Positions 40,316-53,456 of a DNA stretch of 64,000 nucleotides are shown piece after piece. The stretch lies in contig NC_043004.1 of assembly GCF_006345805.1 (NCBI RefSeq), forward strand, positions 186,001 to 250,000. Reading direction: 5' to 3'. The notes beneath the pieces were generated by a model, which saw only the letters and a list, made by a program, of their open reading frames with translations, made no database searches and was not told the DNA's origin. Every line of letters starts with the position of its first letter. The stretch's first letter is position 1. Source of the stretch: Octopus sinensis. Lineage: Eukaryota. The position numbers and the translations under genes were made by a program.

Positions 40316-40775
40316 ACTGTCTACCACATTTAATATCCAAATTAAAGAAATGCAAGATGAAATATATCGGATGGGTCATATGTCAATAAGAAATACACTC
40401 GCTGTTTATATTTCATTTCTTTATTTTTGTAAGTCACATCAAATACATCACCATTATCAATTCAAATCTACAAACTGTCCTATAAATACATTGAAATCAA
40501 TGAAAGTCTTAAGTGTTTTAATCTTTTTTTCTGTTGAGTTTTCTGCCATTAGCAACAATTCCATCTTGATATTTTGAATTCTCTATAGAAACGGTAAATA
40601 AGATATGTTTAATTCTTCATTTAGTGTTTAAAATTCTTTTAATAAAATATAGTTTCTTTTTTATTTAATTTCACATTTTTTAATTTTGGTTTCAAATGTA
40701 ATGTTTACTTTACTAGCACCAGTGTGTATATGTGTGCGCACACACATGCACGCACACACACACACACACACACAC

Positions 40776-40833
<58 letters not shown>

Positions 40834-41519
40834 CTAATGACAGACGAAGTGCCACGAAGCATTTTGCTGCCAGCTTGCCATCTTGCTTCGTTACAGAACG
40901 TGCGACCCTTTAATGTATTACTGGTTCCAGAGAATGTGAATTTTGTATTAAAGCCATTTTAAGGTTGGAATTGGTGAGTTCTTACAGACACTTCCTTCGA
41001 TGTTTATTCCAGAATTTCCAAATACCAATTAGATAAAATTACTTATATTTTCCACATAATTAATTCGCATTCACTGAAATAGAATCAGATATCGAAAAAC
41101 ATTCAATGATATATAAACGCGAAATCTTCATTTACAATTACCTTACTTTTTAGTGTTATACATAATTGAGAGCGAAAACAAGAAACCGTCACATGCTCAG
41201 CGTAAGTTAAATCAATAAATGAATGTCTACTGGAACTTTTAAAGGCTTTTTGGTAACCAATCAGTTCTTGATGACTAATCGTACATCGTTGTCTTTGCAA
41301 ATATTTTTCCTATAGATTGTTACGCTGTTTCGATTATTGAGTTGTTGAGAGATAATCAAAGCATCAAGCTCACAGAAACGATTCCAAAACTTGTGTGCGT
41401 ATGTATGTATATATGTGAGAGTGTATGTATACAAATATATGTTCATGCATATATATATATATATATGTATATATGTATATACATATATTGATATATAATA
41501 TATATATTATATATATATA

Positions 41520-41562
<43 letters not shown>

Positions 41563-41581
41563 CGGGATGGTTATTCATTTA

Positions 41582-41859
41582 TTTATTTGCCAAATAAACA
41601 CTTGCCCTATATATATTTATTCTTCACTCGTTTATACTGTTCTTATTGCAACTCATGTCTATTGTCCGGAAATCTTTCGTCACACATCTGTGACCTCTTC
41701 AGCGACACTTTTCGTTTTCATGTGTGTTCTTGCTTCGCTTACTCCTGAGAATGGAGTAAGCGAAGTAAGATTTCCGGACAATGGACATGAGTTGGAATAA
41801 GAAGAGTAATAAACGAGTGAAGAAAAAATATATAGTGCGTGTGTTTATTTGGCAAACAA
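41582..41859. repeat. About 92-bp inverted repeat (PLE pLTR-like) with an internal hairpin
   Basis: Arms 41582-41675 and 41768-41859; perfect 13-bp hairpin CTTCGCTTACTCC/GGAGTAAGCGAAG at 41733-41765. Confidence 0.9.
41663..41707 (-). ncRNA. Minimal type-I hammerhead ribozyme with intact core
   Basis: Minus strand: TGTCG-CTGAAGA-G-GTCACA(GATG)TGTGAC-GAAA-GATT-T-C-CGGACA; predicted UUC cleavage after 41669. Confidence 0.75.
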
Positions 41860-41885
41860 GAAAAAGACCATCAGAAAATAGAACA

Positions 41886-41920
41886 ATATCGGTTTCGACA
41901 CACGATTTCTCATCAGGAAT
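41886..41920 (-). ncRNA. Degenerate HHR
   Basis: Minus strand: CTGATGA-GA...TC-GAAAC-CGAT-A; core intact, stems I and III broken. Confidence 0.45.
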
Positions 41921-41942
41921 TTTTCAACAGGAATTGATAACC

Positions 41943-42001
<59 letters not shown>

Positions 42002-42158
42002 CTTGCTCGCTTAGCCAGCGGGGTGGCGCCATTCGAAGGCTAAAACAATGCGAACGCATTGTGACCAGCGATGTGTAGCAACATCTGATGGTCTGGTCGA
42101 TCACGTGATCACGTGATATATATATATATATATATATACAGTAATATATATATAATGC

Positions 42159-42238
<80 letters not shown>

Positions 42239-42429
42239 TGCATAATTAAAGAGCAACATTCATATGAATATATATAAACGAATATACATTGCATTTCTGT
42301 ACGCAAACATTTGTGTGTGCATATACATATACATACATACATACATACATACATACATACATACATACATACATACATACATACATACATACGTACATAT
42401 ATATATATGTGTGTGTGTGTGTACTCTTA

Positions 42430-42839
42430 CTCTTTTTTACTCTTTTACTTGTTTCAGTCATGTGACTGTGGCCATGCTGGAGCACCGCCTTTAGTCGAGC
42501 AAATCGACCCCAGGACTTATTCTTTGTAAGCTTAGTACTTATTCTATCGGTTCTTTTGCCGAACCGGTAAGTTACGGGGACTTAAACACACCAGCATCGA
42601 TTGTCAATCGATGTTAGAGGGACAAACACAGACACACAAACATATACACTCACATACATATATATATATACATATATACGACGGGCTTCATTCAGTTTCT
42701 GTCTCCCAAATCCACTCAAAAGGATTTGGTTGGCCCGAGGCTATAGTAGAAAACACTTGCCCAAGGTGCCACGCAGTGGGACGGAACCCGGAGCAATGTG
42801 GTTCGTAAGCAAGCTACTTACTACACAGCCACTCCTACG

Positions 42840-42842
<3 letters not shown>
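42430..42842 (-). mobile_element. Full-length SINE (family of 22716)
   Basis: Reverse complement of the head, microsatellite middle and tail. Confidence 0.85.
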
Positions 42843-42894
<52 letters not shown>

Positions 42895-44037
42895 GCACAT
42901 TCATACACATACACGCACACACAGACACACATAAACCATACATATGTATGTGAGAGTATGCTCCAGCGCGCGTGCGCGTGTGTCTGAATTATTCACTGCT
43001 GTTTAAATTAATTTCAAGCTAATCTTGACTCGTCAAAATCTGTCAGTTTCTCCATAATCCTTACTCTGGTTTTTTAAGTCCAAATCGTTACAGGCTGTGT
43101 GAATATCTCTCTTTATTCGTATGAACACGTGTGAGATCACCTGCGTTTGTGTATACATGGACGTATTTATATGTTTACGCGTATCCTTTCGTTCCGGCTC
43201 TCATAGGCTCTGTTTCCATGACGTATAAGGGACTGAGGTTACAACATTCCCCTTGAAGGGTACACCGATCCGTTGCGAGTTTCAAGGACATATATTTGGT
43301 AGGGAGAGGACAAGTCTATTACGTCACCCCCCAGTTGTTGCCTGATACTTTATGCTATCATTCCCGAAAGGAAGAACGGCAAAGTTAACCCTGGCGTGCG
43401 GTAACGACTGTGCCAGCTCGCCGCCTCTGTGTCTAACCAAAAGAAATTTTCATAACGTCCGTCTATACGTTCTGAGTTCAAATTCCGCTGAAGTCGACTT
43501 TGCTTTTCATCCATTCGGGAGTCGATAAAATTTAGTACCAGTTGAGTACTAGGGTCGATGCAATCGACTTACCCCTTCCCGACATTGCTGGCCTTGTGCC
43601 GAATTTTGAAATTAATATAATGTTTGAGAAAGATTATAGGGTAGTATATGACATAATCATTAGAGCAGCGAACGAAATTTCTTTCAAGATGGTTTGTTCG
43701 GATCATTGATGCCTTTCGCTTTCGTTAGGATGAAAATGAAATAAAAAACAATCAAGCAGTGTGGATGATTTAATCAATTATGCCCCTTCCGCTAATTTGT
43801 GACCCGATGACCCAATGTCATAAACCAATATATTGTTCGGGAATGTTGTTGTTTTTACTATTAATCCTTCTTCCCCACCAATCCCGGTGTTCGAATGACG
43901 TTGAACACCGTGAGTCTTTTTAACCAGAAAAACATTGCCAATAAAAGGTATTCTTGACATGAACGTATCGTTCCTTTTTTTTTTTTATCTAAAATTACAT
44001 TACCTGGCGTGTCCTTCCTTTCACAGATATGGGTACT

Positions 44038-44280
44038 AATAAGGCGCTGAGCTGACAGAAACGTTAACGCGCCGGGCGAAATGCTTAGCGGTATTTCGTC
44101 TGCCGTTACGTTCTGAGTTCAAATTCTGCCGAGGTCGACTTTGCCTTTCATCCTTTCGGGGTCGATAAATTAAGTACCAGCTACGCACCGGGGTCGATGT
44201 AATCGACTTAATCCGTTTGTCTGTCCTTGTTTGTCACCTCTATGTTTAGCCTCTTGTGGGTAATAAAGAAATAAGATATG
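44038..44280 (+). mobile_element. tRNA-derived SINE
   Basis: GGCGCTGAGCTGACAG head, GAGTTCAAATT B-box, GTCGACTTTGCCTTTCATCC body. Confidence 0.8.
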
Positions 44281-44856
44281 GGTACTATTTCTAGAAAGTT
44301 GTAGAGGCTCCTTTGCAGTGAGTGAATCTAAATTCCCAGTTAATTCCCAGATAAAGACGTTCATTTCTCGTAGATCTCTCAATTTTGCGTGTTATCCGTG
44401 AGTCTCCACATGTTTTACATACACGCTGTAAGATTGGTTTTTCTTGCTTTTATTTGAGTTTTTCGATTGCAAGTGTAGAATCACAGTTAGTTGGACAGAA
44501 TTAGTGAAGCAGATACCGTTTAGGGCACATTTTTTTAGTTCATTCATTCGGGCTATGGAGATGAACAAGGAAACCTAGAATGGTCAACTCAATTGTTCAG
44601 AGTAACGCATGTCTTCCTCTCTGCCTTAGTTCAATGAAAAATGCCCATACTGTATGAGCAGCGTGTCCGTAGATTCGGGACTACAGTTTTCAATGCATCT
44701 TAACCCGCTGCTTCGCCAATTTCTTATTATCTCAGAGCTTGAGATTGTTATGTCCAGTTTGTGGTCTCATGATTTATACATTAACTGGATAATCAAAAAT
44801 TTGTGCATCGACAGCTTTACTCTCCAGAACTACTTAGATTCAGAAGCAAGACGAGG

Positions 44857-45250
44857 TCAACATATTTGGATGAATTGGGTTTTTATAGTTCCTATTATGA
44901 TGCTATCTGAAACCATCTTTTTTTGCTGTTGGACACACAATTGGCCTGGTTCACTGAAACCACCAAAATTAGTCTTCGCATATACAGTAAAACTCTCGGC
45001 AGCTACATTCACATGGTTTAGTTCACATGTCAAAGACGTTTGCTCTGGTCTGGCCACAGCACATTCTACAGATTGTTAAAGCCACAAGTGACAGCTGGTT
45101 GGTAGATGGAGACCAGAGGTGGAGGGTTTGCTCCCATGGAGCAGGACAATGCTTTCACCAAACGTGTTACCCCTACATGCGGAACGAGACTATTGGGCGT
45201 GGCCGTTTGGACGCTGACGATTTGACGGGACATTGAAGCTATTTTGGTAA
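44857..45250 (-). CDS. Candidate exon or pseudogene fragment, Ig-like then FN3-like
   Basis: LSCSMGANPPPLVSIY resembles an Ig C-x-x-anP-P-v motif; TSLTCELNHV...SFTVYAKTNFGGFSEP resembles FN3 F/G strands. The two are in different frames; possible acceptor ctgtag at about 45066. Confidence 0.3.
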
Positions 45251-45299
45251 CTGCACTTTTGACACCGGAGGTAAACACATACGCATGCGTGTGCAGAAA

Positions 45300-45490
45300 T
45301 ATACACGTAGGAATGGCTATGTGGTAAGTAGCTTGCTTACGAACCACATGATTCCGTGTTCAGTCCCACTGCGTAGCACCTTGAGCACGTGTTTTCTACT
45401 ATAGCCTCGGGCCGACTAAAGCCTTGTGAGTGAATTTGGTAGACGTAAACTGAAAGAAACCCGTCGTATATATATGTGTGTGTGTGTGTG

Positions 45491-45532
<42 letters not shown>

Positions 45533-45745
45533 TGTCTGTCTGTGTTTGTCCCCCACCATATTCACTTGACAACCGATGCTGGTGTGTTTACGTCCCCTTC
45601 ACTTAGCAGTTCGGCAAAAGAGACCAATAGGATAAGTACTAGGCTTACAAAGAATAAGTCCTGGGGGTCGATTTGTTCGATTAAAAGGTGGTACTCCATC
45701 ATGGCCGCAGTCAGATGACTGAAACAAGTAAAAGAGTAAAAGAGT
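45300..45745 (+). mobile_element. Full-length SINE (family of 22716)
   Basis: Head, (TG)n middle and AAGTAAAAGAGTA tail. Confidence 0.85.
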
Positions 45746-46432
45746 ACGGATAAGGGAGGATGAGAGAGAGGTGGGGTGGGGAAAAGGGAGACAATACAAC
45801 TTATTGAAATGGGAGATTCAGTGTGACGGAATGTGAATTACAGGTAATACTCGATTTTGCAGTTGCGTTGAGAGAAGCAACGTGAAATAAAGAATCTTAC
45901 TCAAGGACACAACACGCCGATGTGAATCGAACACACGACCGTACGGTCGTGAGATGAGTGCCCTAACCACTAAGCTGCAGGCCTTCACATATATGTAAAA
46001 CCCGGTTATGTAGATAGCCAAAGATCGAGCTACAACGATATCCCTCCGTCAAATAAAAATATCGCTAAAATTACACGTTGCGCTTAAAGAAAGAAGGATG
46101 GACGTGTTGGAAAATGTAGTTCAAGGTATATGTCTGAAAGACGTGATGATCGTGGCCGGAACGTCTCTGATTGTAGTTCCACTTAATCAATGTTAACCTG
46201 ATTTAAATAATAACAACAAAAACAGCTACAATTTAGGCCAGGTTGTCACTAAGTTAGGAAATGAGCGCGAGTCCATGATTTTGTCGATTGTGTGTGTAAC
46301 AGACCTGTCTGTACAACTTGTGCGCAGTTGAGCCAAAGAAGAAAATGAATTTGCTTATTAGAAAAACTGCGAGACAAAGCATTATGTGCGCATGTACACA
46401 CTCGCACACGCACACGTAAGTATGAATTATAT

Positions 46433-46743
46433 ATCACGTAATCACGTGACCGACCAGGCTATCAGATGTTGCTACACATCGCTGATCACAATGCGCTTCG
46501 CATTGCTTTAGCCTTCAAATGACGCCACCCCACTGGCTAAGCGAGCAGGCCAACATAAGAAAGAGTGAGAGAAGGTTGCGGCGATAGAGTACAGCAGGGA
46601 TCGCCACCACCCCCTGCCGGAGCCTTCTGGAGCTTTAGGTGTTTTCGCTCAACAAACACTCACAACGCCCGGTCTGGGGATCGAAACCGCGATCGTACGA
46701 CCGCTAATCCGCTGCCCTAATCACTGGGCCATTGCGCCTCCAC
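46433..46743 (-). mobile_element. Full-length tRNA-derived SINE with ATCACGTG tail
   Basis: Head GTGGAGGCGCAATGGCCCAGTG; tail shared with 41999-42116. Confidence 0.85.
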
Positions 46744-46751
46744 ATGCATAT

Positions 46752-46799
<48 letters not shown>

Positions 46800-46827
46800 T
46801 ATGTATGTATGTATGTATGTATGTATT

Positions 46828-47095
46828 CAATAATCTAGGGTTCAAAGGCCCACAGCTCTGCCACAAAAATTCAGAAATCTGCATAAGGTGGAAGTAGATG
46901 TCTTCAGAAAGGAATTAGACATCCCTCGCTTCACAATACCAGATTAACCAACCGCCCGACATGAGGTGCAGTCGGTGGGCAGCGGAATCAAACTCCCTTA
47001 TACACCAAATGTACCTCAACTGGGACAAAGGCACATACAGGAGTGGTGATCTGAAACACCCACACTGCATGGCTGAAACGAGTAAAAGAGTAAGC
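46828..47095 (+). mobile_element. CR1-group LINE 3' fragment
   Basis: NNLGFKGPQL and AAESNSLI, matching 23.6-23.8 kb. Confidence 0.8.
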
Positions 47096-47420
47096 ATGCT
47101 TGTATGTATGTATGTATGTATATATATATATATATACATATATACGTGTGTGTGTATGTATGCATGCATGCAAGTATGTACGTAAAATACAGATACACTC
47201 ACACACACTTATATATGTATGTGTATGCACCTTCTCTTTCTCACTCATTCTCTCTTTCTCTCTTTCACTCTCTCTCTCTCTTTATATAATATATATGTGT
47301 GTATATACACACACAATATATATATCTGTATGTAAATGTACGTATAAAGGAGGAAGTGGGGGAGGCCACAGCGATAGTGACGAAAAGTAAACTTAACTGG
47401 AGGAACTTGTCTTCCTCCAG

Positions 47421-47630
47421 CACTAGCACCACCGCCACCACCACCACCGCCACCACCGCCATCGCCGCCACCGCCGCCACCGCCGAAGCGCAGAGGAAGC
47501 AGTTTGTATTGAAGCAGAAACGTTAATCTCTTTATAAACACGGAGACATTTTAAAACTAAACGATTGAAAGACAAACACACAGCGCGGAATAAGCAATCT
47601 CTGTAAAACGATATAGGAATCGTGTGAATG
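47421..47630 (+). other. Candidate 5' exon ending in ATG|gtgagt
   Basis: Acceptor-like ttgtcttcctccag, GC-rich (ACC/GCC)n run, consensus donor at 47631. Confidence 0.3.
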
Positions 47631-48026
47631 GTGAGTAAATGTATCAACAGGCGACTTATTTAAACACTTCGGTTGATTTGCTCAGAGATTAGAAGAGACG
47701 ATGTACTGATGGACATTTCAGATCATACTAGTGCAGAACAGATCACTGGGGATCAATTTACGTTACCGGGGATCACTTGTATCGATGAAACCATGATGTT
47801 TCGAGCTGTATACAAGGATATGTTATTGATTATCAATGTAATCCTACCAGGTGGTTTTATCATGGTTCAATGCAATGCCGTTGAAACAAAAACAAAAACA
47901 GTTTGGGAAGGGAGTCCATTAAAAGGGATCCGTATAATATGGTAATATGTGATATCCGCCGGAATGGAAATAGGGCAATATATGTGACCCACTGACGAAA
48001 TGTTTGGAAATACTGTGGTGTATAGG

Positions 48027-48059
<33 letters not shown>

Positions 48060-48374
48060 ACACCACACACACACACACACACACACACACACCACACACA
48101 TGCATACATACGACGAGATTTTTTCAGTTTCCGTCTACCAAATCCACTCACAAGGCTTTGGTCGGACTGAGGTTATAGTAGAAGACACTTGCCCAAGGTG
48201 CCATGCAGTGGAACTGAACACGGAATCATGTGGTTGGTAAGCAAGCTGCTTACCAAACAGTTTGGGAAGGGAGTACATTAAAAGATCCATAATATGTGAT
48301 ATCTGCCGGAATGAAATTTAGTGCAATATATGTGACGCACTGACGAAATGTTTGGAAATACTGTGGTGTATAGG

Positions 48375-48406
<32 letters not shown>

Positions 48407-48414
48407 CACATATA

Positions 48415-48830
48415 TTCTTTTATTCTTTTATGTGTTTCAGTCATTTTACTGTGGGCCATGCTGGAGCACCACCTCTAGTCGAGCAAATCGACCCCAAGAC
48501 TAATTTTTTCTAAACCTAGTATTTATTCTATCACCCTGTTTTGCCGAACTGCCAAGTTACAGGAACGTAAACACACCACCATCGGTTGTCAAGCGACGTT
48601 GGGGGAACAAATACAGACAAACATACACACACACATATGTATATATATATATATATATATATACACATACATACGACGAAATTCTTTCAGTTTCCGTCTA
48701 CCAAATCCACTCACTAGGCTTTGGTCGGCCCGAGGTTATAGTAGAAGACACTTGCCCGAGGTGCCACGCAGAGGAACTGAACCCGGAACCATGTGGCTGG
48801 TAAGCAAGCTGCTTACCACACAGCCGCATA
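48415..48830 (-). mobile_element. SINE (family of 22716); a partial copy also lies at 48112-48255
   Basis: Reverse complement match to the family. Confidence 0.8.
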
Positions 48831-49054
48831 TATATATTTATATACAGATGTGCGTGTGTGTGTATGTGTGTGAGTGTGTATGCGCGCGTTAATATATGTA
48901 TGTATATAAGTTTGCTCATTTAGGCGGCCAAGACTGGTGACGTTATTTTGGATTAGTGGTTAGCACAGTTCTGCAGTTTATGGCAGAAGTAGCGGTCGAC
49001 ATACATAGTTCACACACACACACATAATAAATATATAATATGATATAATATAGA

Positions 49055-49090
<36 letters not shown>

Positions 49091-49319
49091 TAGATAGATA
49101 GAGTGAAGAACCTCTTTTCCTCTTTTTCCATCACCGCAATCTCCAAAACTAAGGATGGCGAATATTTAACTGTAGATTTATCTACACTATACGTATCTTA
49201 GGCATTCTGAATTGCGCTTTGTTCCTTATTTGTGTGTGTGTGTGTTTATCTGTATTGATAGAGACAGAGAGAGAAATGGAGAGAGAGATAGGTAGTTAGA
49301 GAGATAGATACATATCTTT

Positions 49320-49511
49320 TATCTTTTAACTTACATTTGTTTCGAACATTTGACTGGGGCCATGCAGAGCACCATCTTTGTGAATTTGTAGTCGAATGAC
49401 TCGATCGCAGTTTTTTTTCAATACTTATTCTATCGGATGCTTTTGCCGAACCGGTCAGTTACGGGGATGTAAACACACCAATCACCGGTTGTCAAGCGAT
49501 GGTCTCTCACA

Positions 49512-49582
<71 letters not shown>

Positions 49583-49715
49583 ACAAACAAACAAACATAC
49601 AAACGCTTCGGATGACTCGAGGCTATAATACAAGCCACTTATCTAAGATGCCATGCAGTGGGACTGAACCTGGAACCATGTGGTTGGGAAGCCAGCTTCT
49701 TGCTACACAGCCACA
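49320..49715 (-). mobile_element. SINE (family of 22716), diverged
   Basis: Tail, (CA)n middle and head recognisable. Confidence 0.7.
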
Positions 49716-49807
49716 AATGAATGTATATTATGTATGTATGTATGTATGTATGTATGTATGTATGTGTGCGTGTATGTATGTATGTTTGTGTGAATGTCTG
49801 TATGTAC

Positions 49808-49838
<31 letters not shown>

Positions 49839-50320
49839 TGTATGTATGTATGTATGTATGTACGTATGTATATTTACGTGATTGTGTGCGTGTCTCTGTA
49901 TGTATGGATGTATGTATGTTTACGTGATTGTGGGTGTTTTAGAAGGAATTGTTTTAAGTTGTTTATTAGATTATTATTACACATTCAATTTTATGTCAGT
50001 ATGCTTCTTCTTCTTCTTCTTCTTCTTCTTCTTCTTTCTCATCTTCTCCCTCCTCCTCCTCCTCTACTTCTCCGCCTCCTCTTCCTTTTTTTTTCTGACT
50101 TACATTTCGAATTCTTTGTATCACTTAACTTTCTGAAGATCTCTTAAGTACTGTTTTGGATTAAACTCTCAAGGGACACGGCTAAGATGTGTCACATGAG
50201 TGTGATGTTGTAGGGACTACGGTTTTATATGGGTGGATATTTATACGTGTACATATTACCGTCACGCATACATGCACACGCACACACATTTACACACATA
50301 CACACTCACACACACACACA

Positions 50321-50373
<53 letters not shown>

Positions 50374-50685
50374 ATTTATGAATGCACGTAGGGTTAAAAT
50401 CTAAGTTGCGTTCTCTTGGAGCACATAATGGTGAATAAATAATGTCAAAAAAATTTACAATCTCCTGATTTGATAGGCATGTATGTGTGCATGTATGGGT
50501 GGATGGATAGATGGATGGACGGGTGTATGTACGTATGTATAAGCGCGAACCCTGCTAAAGAAAAAGTGTTGACTAAGTTTGTAGTTTAATATCAGATTGT
50601 TTTCATGTATAACTTGACACAAAAACAAACATTAATATATGTATGCGTTCAGATACATATATGCATACACGCACGCACGCACACA

Positions 50686-50716
<31 letters not shown>

Positions 50717-50761
50717 CAAACCCGCTCATACACACACGCCCACACATATATAGATAGATAA

Positions 50762-50804
<43 letters not shown>

Positions 50805-50819
50805 TAGATAGATAGATAG

Positions 50820-50855
<36 letters not shown>

Positions 50856-51501
50856 CTTGCACTCTGCACCCCAAAATAGTTACTTCAGTCGCCTTCCTCT
50901 CCTTTGAAACGCGAACGTTCCTTCTGCAGAGTCCGCCGGATCCAGTCTTCAAATACATAGATAGGTAAAGCCTAATATGCTAATTAACCCATGGCTGGGG
51001 CCTTGACTGATGCTTCTCCTCCAGGTCAGAATAGACCAGTGGAAAATAGTGCAAGTAAGGCATCTTGGTCATCCAGCACATCTGTTTCCATCTCTGGTCA
51101 TCTTGACCTGGTCTTAGGTGAGGGACTGAGGCCACAGTGTGAAGCTCCTCTTCACTTAACCGCGCAAAACGTCAGTTATCATTAAGGACGGACGAACACT
51201 ATGAACACCATCGTGACTCTAAGAACACATTGCTATTGACTGACACTACTATTATCACAACCATTACCGTTACCAACGCAATCACACCATCAACTCTACA
51301 GCTGTAGCCGAAACCATTGGCATTACTACACTACCAGCAACGACTGCAACAAAACCACAACTGATTCATTACAAAAATATCCTTCCTCCTATTAACATGG
51401 AATGAAAACTTCTTATGATAGCATGAAATGCTATCACAAACTTCGTAATCATAGTTAGAACAAAAGAAACCGGTCGACTATATAAATGGTTTATTTCATT
51501 A

Positions 51502-51537
<36 letters not shown>

Positions 51538-52148
51538 TGTATGTATGTATGTCTTAGTCCAGCATAAAATTTCTATGATCTTTTTCTTTTTATATTTTTC
51601 ACTACAATTCACCACGGGCAAAATATTTTTTTATCGACCCTTTTCACTATATACACATGTGTGTGTGTGCTTGTGTGGTGTGCCTGCGTGCGTTTGTGCG
51701 CGCGTGTGTGTGTGTGTGTGTATTTACGCCTGTTTTTGTCTCATCACCACCACTTCAGAAATGGTGTAGGCTTATTTACATCTCTGTAACTTTGCGCTTC
51801 AACCAAAGGAACCAACAAAATAAGCACCAGACTTTTTAAAAAATACATCTACTGAGATCGTGATTTTCGGTTAAAGCCCGTCAATGCGGTGCCCTAGCAT
51901 GGCCGCAGTCCAATGACTGATACAAGTAAAAGATAAAAGGTAACGGATTCCTATTGATGATTGCAGAAACACATTCAAGGCCCATAATTCAAGAGCATTT
52001 AGAACTGTTAAGTGTTGCTTTGTTACAGATATGACAAATCGACTGTGTTTTTTTTCTAATGGTTTATCTCCTGCTGGTAAATGTGTAAAACAAAGTTGAA
52101 TCCGCCATTAATTGCTCTCTGAAGTGAATTTAAAATTCCATCTTTCTG

Positions 52149-52204
<56 letters not shown>

Positions 52205-52226
52205 CTCTCTCTCTCTCCTCTCTCTC

Positions 52227-52292
<66 letters not shown>

Positions 52293-53276
52293 GAATGGCA
52301 AGCGGGAACTTATGTATGCATGTAATCCAGGTTACTGAGCCGTTCATGTAGCTGTGATAGTCGTTCGTTTCTTTCTTTTATTTTCTTTTATTTTTCTTTT
52401 AATGTTTTGTACTATACATGATATATTGTAGGATGTTGGTGTCGGTGTTACTTACATTTGAACCAGTCGGGATTAGTTGCGCTAACCTAAGTAATTAAGA
52501 AAGAAAAAAGCAGCTTTTCTTTCTTTTTCTTTTTTTTTTTTTTGCTTATTGAACAAATTCGGATGGATGCTGTTGCTGTTATCGTTGCAATGGTGCACTT
52601 TTTCATAACCCAAAGTCCAAAATAGTAGAGAACGCATGATCAAATATGATTCAACTGCGGCCATTCCATCTTTAATCAGGCGTATATTTTAGCATGACTA
52701 CGTGTCCTTCATTTTAAAAGTGGTAGTGTGCGATTTGAGGGAGATGTGACTGTTGATTCTAGCAGCTAAAATGGCTGTTTTGAGACTTCCTCGTTGGTTC
52801 GTTCATGTTGACTGTAGTGAGATATAAGTGTTTGTTGGTCGTGATGATAATATTTATTGTATTGTTCTTGTAGTTGTTAGTATTATTGCTGCTATTGTCT
52901 TCTTTTTCTTCTTCTTCTTCTTCTCCTTCTTCTTCTCCTTCCTCTTCTTCTTCTTCTTCTTCTTCTTCTTCTTCTTCTTCTTCTTCTTCCAACCAGGACT
53001 CACGCCATTAGCCACAAAGAATAATCTCTAATTCGAGCCTACTCTAAGCTACTAAGAATGCGTGTAGCAACTTGAAGATCCACCCACCACACGCGATAGA
53101 CTGGCGGTTGCACGGGTGCGAAAGCTACGTTCTTATCCTGATTCCGTAAACGGTAGCTTTTAACGGGTGGATAGCTGAACCATCCTGGGGTACAGAGGAT
53201 TCGCAATCTAGACTAGGTTCTGAAAGTTTACCACACCATAATGGGTTACACCATGGTTCCTCTGCTCTGTGGCAGA

Positions 53277-53456
53277 AGTAGGAAGAAAGAGTGAGAAGAA
53301 GAGTTCAGCGGGGTTCACTACCACCCCGCGCCGGAGCCTCGTGGAGCTTAGGTGTTTTTGCTCAATAAACACTCACAATGCTCGATCTGGGAATCGAAAT
53401 CGCGTTCTTACGACCGCGAGTCCACTGCCCTAAACACTGGGCCATTGCGCCTCCAC
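53277..53456 (-). mobile_element. SINE 5' half (family of 46433/57451)
   Basis: Reverse complement of GTGGAGGCGCAATGGCCCAGTG head. Confidence 0.8.

Noticed and set aside
45690-45745. SINE tail AGTC-loop-GACT-GAAACAAGTAAAAG resembling an HHR 3' half
   Set aside because: No CUGANGA-like core upstream; better explained as the LINE-derived recognition hairpin.
47673-47945. 90-aa non-repetitive ORF
   Set aside because: No recognisable domain or splice signals; its end runs into a duplicated repeat.
47992-48025. CTGACGA...GAAA in the duplicated 135-bp unit
   Set aside because: No credible stem II or III.
50884-50990. Minus-strand LPIYVFEDWIRRTLQKERSRFKGEEGD* with a purine tract (LTR element end?) and a CTGCAGA/UUCG-hairpin HHR-like motif
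   Set aside because: Too short to assign; there is no second LTR, and the HHR lacks G12 and stems I and III.
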